Positions 60,501 to 64,000 of a stretch of DNA of 64,000 bases are shown here, in pieces. The translations under genes and the position numbers were made by a program. Every line of letters starts with the position of its first letter. Position 1 is the first letter of the stretch. The stretch lies in the NCBI GenBank assembly GCA_964252035.1, contig OZ176205.1. One strand, given 5' to 3'. Below the pieces are notes generated by a model. It searched no databases and was not told where the DNA came from. It worked only from the letters and a program-made list of their open reading frames with translations. The stretch is from Podarcis erhardii (Eukaryota).

Positions 60501-63473
60501 GGAAACACTGCTTTAGCAGGAGTAACACTCCTAGTTCTGCTGGTTCTGATAAGACCACCCACTAACCCTGACTAAAGCATATTGCATTTCAAGAGCTTGA
60601 TGGCATCAATCCTTCGCCTTCATTGATCCAAAGCCCTAAGAGGCACAGTTCCAGGTTCTGCTAGACTTAAATGCTTGGATTCTAACCTGCCTTCTGTAAA
60701 TGAAACAGAATTCCCATCTGCATAAAAGAGGTTTGCTGCCTCTTCTCTCCCTCTGCAGCCTCCTGCATTCCCCCAAAATCTGCTCCTGGGGATTGGGGGG
60801 CCCTTAGGAATGGTGCAGTAGGGAGCTCAAGATGAAAGGGAGAGTTGGTGAAAGCCACTCCTCCTTTATGTGAACTGAGGACTAAGTAAGGATCCAATCT
60901 AGTGTTGGCAAAAGTAATGACTTCATATAATAAGACCAGGACTGCTGAAATAATCTCTCAGAAATTTATATACATTTTCCTTTGCTAGTTTGAGAATGGG
61001 TTTTATACACCATAATAATATTGCCTAAGCCTTCTATTAAAAGAGCTAATGAGACTCTGGGACCTAACTAAATATTATCTGCAGACAACTGCGATGAAAC
61101 AAGACAGGTGTTTTTATAAAGAAGAGAAAAATGTTTCAAGAAAGATCCATTTAATACAGAGAAGCAGTGAAGGATCACTTAATCCTTTCTGTTCTTGCTG
61201 CTTCTCTCAATCAAACTGCACCCCCAATTTATCCCCCCACCCTGCATGAGTTTCAAACATGTATTAACTTTGTGGGCAGAAAAGCAACTGGATTTGTGTG
61301 GCTGTGGAGCAGAGAAGCTACAGTACACTCATCTGCATGTTAACATGGATTTTTATCATTCACCAATGCAAAGCACAAAAGTGAAGTCCCTGCTGCTTGC
61401 TAATCATAGCTTTACACCAGCATGTTTGGTCCCTCCAAGTAGGAAGCTGTCTGGGGCCATCTGATGGTTGCTTCCTAAATAATGCTAGATGTATCCAGTG
61501 ATCTGGGTTTTGCATAAAGGCTGCCTTGCCACCCTCAGGGAACGCGGAATGAACACTTTTCTGTTTCGTCCTCACTGTGGAGAAGCTGGTGCTATCACCC
61601 ACCTGCTGGCTGCCTTCATGACTGCAGATAATATTTCCCATGGTCTGAACCTCAAGAAGGTGAGTTGCAAGATGTGCTGGGCTGTGGAGTGAAGATCCCC
61701 AGGTGTCCTTTCCTGCTCATGTTACACCAGCAGAGTTATCACTGATCCATCCAGCTCATTCTTGGAGCATCCCATTTCAAGGGAGCCTTGTGACCTGTCA
61801 AAACTTGATCCAGCCCATTCTCAGAGCATCCTTTTTCAAGGGAGCCTTGTGACTCCTCCATGAGCTGCTGATGTCTCCTAAGTGTTAAGATCCTGCCATG
61901 GATGTTTGGTGGGCCCATAACTGGGAAAGCCAGGATTTTGTACTTGGCACGTGGTGCTGAGAAGTAACTAAGGAACAGTGCGAGCAATTCTGCACGGCAT
62001 CTAGAGCACAGAGACAAAACGACTCCCATTTAGAAAGAACCTGGAAGCCCATTCTCATGATGATTGTCGGGAGGGAATAGAGGTCCTGCTGCCTACTTTG
62101 ACTTGATCTATCCTTGCTATGTCTCTTTGCAGAGTCCTGTGCTGCAGTATCTGTACTACCTGGCCCAAATCCCCATTGCCATGTCCCCACTCAGCAACAA
62201 CAGCCTCTTCCTAGAATATGCCAAGAACCCACTTCTTGATTTCCACCAGAAGGGCTTAATGGTGTCTCTATCCACGGATGACCCTATGCAGTTCCACTAC
62301 ACCAAGGTAGGCAGCTGGATCCTTTCCTAGGACTGCTGTTTGCTCTCACAGGTGTGAGGGCTGCTAGTGTCCAGGGGGATACATTGCAGCTTCTGCGATA
62401 ACCTTTGCAATGGCTACACTTTGTATTTCACTTTTTATTCCCCAGGAGCCTCTCATGGAAGAATATGCCATTGCTGCCCAGGTCTTCAAGCTCAGCACCT
62501 GTGACATGTGTGAGATTGCACGCTACAGTGTTCTGCAATCTGGTTTGTCTCATGAGGTATGGTGTTCAATGGAAATCTCAAAGGAGTATAGAGTGCTCCT
62601 TGATATGGGTGATTTAGCAGCACCAAATCACTGCTGTTCTGCTTTCAGCTCCAAGTGGAATAACAATTCTGGTTCTAGACTTCTAACAATCTGTAGGCAA
62701 ATGATCAGTACCACTTTCCTCAGCTGCCATTTTGGGAAGGGAGGTTCATTTGGAAATTTTGGGGGGTGGGAATAGTGCTAAATACTGCCTACTCACTGCA
62801 TCTATTATTATGGTTCCTCACTGCAATGGTCTCCCCACTGCAATCTAGGGGGTGGGGGAAAGGGGGGAAAAAGAAAGACCATGCTATTTGGAAAAGGAAG
62901 CGTTGAAGTAATATAGCCAACTCCTAGAGATGGAAATGGCTAGTTCGAATTCTGTAAAATATCTAGGCCATCTACACCTGGGAAGGCTGTGGAGATTTTT
63001 CACTGAATTTTCTGACTCTGGGGAGAGGAAAAAAGTGAAGCAGTGGAACATGACAGATTGATGTTTTATCTTACAGATGACTTGTCAAAACTGAGTGAAC
63101 TAAGTGTGGCTATTCCACAGTATGTACCCTGTGGCTGTGTGGAAGTAGATCACCGCCTCAGGTCTTAGTGGCTGGGAATATAACAAGGGTTGAGCAAACA
63201 AAAGAGGGTACAAGAAAGCAATGGAAGCAACAGGGTTTTCTTTTTATGGAAAAGGTTATGGGAATAGGAGTCTGAGTGAGGGGGTGGCTCTCATTTACTG
63301 TATCATTTCCACAGGAAAAGCTCCATATTCTGGGAAAGAATTACCAAGAAGAGGGGCCTCAGGGCAATGACATCCGCAAGACCAACGTGGCTCAGATCCG
63401 CATGGCCTACCGCTATGAGACATGGTGCTATGAGCTCGATCTTATAGCCGAAGGGCTGAAAAGTACTGAATAG
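44522..63473 (+). CDS. AMPD1: AMP deaminase 1 (muscle, myoadenylate deaminase), 16 exons, 746 aa
   Basis: join(44522-44543,46740-46751,50042-50219,51511-51676,53747-53912,56454-56673,57119-57248,58072-58266,58453-58584,58694-58857,59518-59644,60040-60203,61539-61659,62133-62306,62446-62556,63315-63473) = 2241 nt. Motifs [17 protein letters not shown] and SLSTDDP; ends GLKSTE*. Sits directly downstream of NRAS, as in mammals. Confidence 0.96.
46740..46751 (+). CDS. AMPD1: AMPD1 12-nt microexon 2 (AEEKQ)
   Basis: ttttatttcactctcaaacAG|CAGAGGAGAAAC|GTGAGT; phase 1-1. Confidence 0.88.
47109..47460 (+). mobile_element. Sauria SINE
   Basis: Near full length, B-box ggttcgaatccc, tail tttaccttt; possible TSD caactaa. 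Confidence 0.9.
48581..48786. mobile_element. Tigger-like MITE
   Basis: TA|CAGTCGTACCTTGG...CCAAGGTATGACTG|TA. Confidence 0.85.
50042..50219 (+). CDS. AMPD1: AMPD1 exon 3
   Basis: [22 protein letters not shown]...; 178 nt. Confidence 0.96.
51101..51128. repeat. (ACA)n microsatellite
   Basis: direct reading. Confidence 0.95.
51511..51676 (+). CDS. AMPD1: AMPD1 exon 4
   Basis: ...[13 protein letters not shown]; 166 nt. Confidence 0.95.
52728..52783. repeat. (TTTC)n microsatellite
   Basis: direct reading. Confidence 0.95.
53428..53640. repeat. Minisatellite, about 45-bp unit x5 (ccctattttcatcagagaaatgttggagggtatggaatagg...)
   Basis: Unit starts at 53428, 53473, 53516, 53561 and 53596; probably inside a non-autonomous DNA element. 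Confidence 0.85.
53747..53912 (+). CDS. AMPD1: AMPD1 exon 5
   Basis: [23 protein letters not shown]...; 166 nt. Confidence 0.96.
54097..54285 (-). mobile_element. tRNA-derived SINE (same family as 3762)
   Basis: Reverse complement begins ggcccatagcccagtggtagagcatc...ggttcaacccc. Confidence 0.65.
54797..55571 (+). mobile_element. 5'-truncated CR1 LINE
   Basis: ORF2 C-terminus ([30 protein letters not shown]), 3' UTR and (ATTCTATG)n tail. Confidence 0.95.
55782..55918. mobile_element. Old hAT-like MITE
   Basis: cagggatagcc / ggctagccctg; related to 13483. Confidence 0.6.
56454..56673 (+). CDS. AMPD1: AMPD1 exon 6
   Basis: ...[16 protein letters not shown]; 220 nt. Confidence 0.96.
57119..57248 (+). 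CDS. AMPD1: AMPD1 exon 7
   Basis: KTYTHRRL...[10 protein letters not shown]; 130 nt. Confidence 0.96.
57418..57508 (+). mobile_element. L2-type 3' end with (AAT)n tail (57474-57508)
   Basis: gtgaactgccctgagacctccgggtatagggcagtatataaat followed by AAT repeats. Confidence 0.6.
58072..58266 (+). CDS. AMPD1: AMPD1 exon 8 (Zn-binding HIH)
   Basis: [19 protein letters not shown]...LDVHA; 195 nt. Confidence 0.97.
58453..58584 (+). CDS. AMPD1: AMPD1 exon 9
   Basis: [17 protein letters not shown]...; 132 nt. Confidence 0.97.
58694..58857 (+). CDS. AMPD1: AMPD1 exon 10
   Basis: [22 protein letters not shown]...IQVPRI; 164 nt. Confidence 0.97.
59518..59644 (+). CDS. AMPD1: AMPD1 exon 11
   Basis: [13 protein letters not shown]...FLRH; 127 nt. 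Confidence 0.97.
60040..60203 (+). CDS. AMPD1: AMPD1 exon 12
   Basis: [12 protein letters not shown]...; 164 nt. Confidence 0.97.
60350..60451 (-). mobile_element. Penelope-like element terminal fragment
   Basis: 102-bp insert flanked by duplicated GTCCTGCTA; hammerhead core and U-rich end on the minus strand. Confidence 0.7.
60409..60446 (-). ncRNA. Minimal type I hammerhead ribozyme motif
   Basis: GUAU-CUGAAGA-A-GUGUGCAUGCACAC-GAAA-GC-UU-AUAC. Confidence 0.7.
61539..61659 (+). CDS. AMPD1: AMPD1 exon 13
   Basis: [16 protein letters not shown]...ISHGLNLKK; 121 nt. Confidence 0.97.
61743..61853. repeat. Imperfect tandem duplication (period about 60 bp)
   Basis: gagcatcc..tttcaagggagccttgtgac occurs twice. 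Confidence 0.8.
62133..62306 (+). CDS. AMPD1: AMPD1 exon 14
   Basis: [10 protein letters not shown]...[14 protein letters not shown]; 174 nt. Confidence 0.97.
62446..62556 (+). CDS. AMPD1: AMPD1 exon 15
   Basis: [17 protein letters not shown]...; 111 nt. Confidence 0.97.
63315..63473 (+). CDS. AMPD1: AMPD1 exon 16
   Basis: ...[19 protein letters not shown]...KSTE-TAG. Confidence 0.97.
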   Translation, partial: EKLHILGKNYQEEGPQGNDIRKTNVAQIRMAYRYETWCYELDLIAEGLKSTE

Positions 63474-64000
63474 AACCATATAGCAGGCTTGAGTAATGAA
63501 ATTAGCAGTGCCATTCAACGCCAGGCAACTGTAGAGGTTGGAGAGTGAGGGATTATTGGCTCCAACACTGTTGTTTCAGATTACATACAGTCTAAAAGAA
63601 ATTATGTGCAGTGTGTTTACTAAACTCTTTGCGCTCCTTCATTCTGCGAGCAAGGTGCAGTTTGCCCTGCATCCTGGGTATCTCTTGCCATGAATACCAC
63701 AAAGATATTTATGTGAAAGGAATCCAGGAGCCCCTGTTTCCTGGTGTGAACTGTTGTCTTTTATTTCAGTGGTTTCTTAAAAGAAAAGTAGGAACATAGG
63801 GTTAAAGTGATCCACACAGCCCCTTGACAAGGACGGAGGCAGGCAACACTGCAGGCACATTAAACAAGTCATTGTCTCACTGTCACAAGCCATTTAAAGG
63901 GCAAAAGGAGGTCATGTCCACAAAGAAAATGATTGGATTTTGTAGTGCAACAGGCACTGGTCTGTATGAGGGACCCCCAGAGGCTTGATAAGGGCCTTAA

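Larger units (their letters stand above)
60282..60510. mobile_element. hAT MITE interrupted by a Penelope-like insert
   Basis: CAGTGTTTCTCAAAC / GTTTGAGGAAACACTG; TSD atttagta / ctttagca. Confidence 0.8.

Overview
Vertebrate genomic DNA from a squamate, most likely a lacertid lizard, judged from Sauria-type SINEs with ACCTTT tails. It carries three spliced genes in tandem on the + strand, in the mammalian order CSDE1 (UNR) -> NRAS -> AMPD1. I reconstructed all three CDSs by hand with consistent splice phases: CSDE1 796 aa (843 aa with an optional N-terminal exon), NRAS 189 aa and AMPD1 746 aa. CSDE1 exon 1 and its promoter lie upstream of the window. Introns hold hAT and Tc1/mariner MITEs, Sauria and tRNA-derived SINEs, CR1/L2/RTE fragments and microsatellites. 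The best leads are: (1) a minimal, dimer-type hammerhead ribozyme in a Penelope-like fragment nested in a MITE in AMPD1 intron 12; (2) a dual-frame CSDE1 alternative exon whose second ORF stops in an AUGA overlap with the canonical start; (3) a near-perfect 63-bp-arm hairpin without a TSD in a CSDE1 intron; (4) a CAGCAG tandem acceptor on the 12-nt AMPD1 microexon; (5) an Asn->Tyr change in the conserved ARNS motif of AMPD1; (6) a CSDE1-NRAS spacer of about 4 kb. No database searches were run. Comparisons with human genes and repeat-family names are from recall and need checking.
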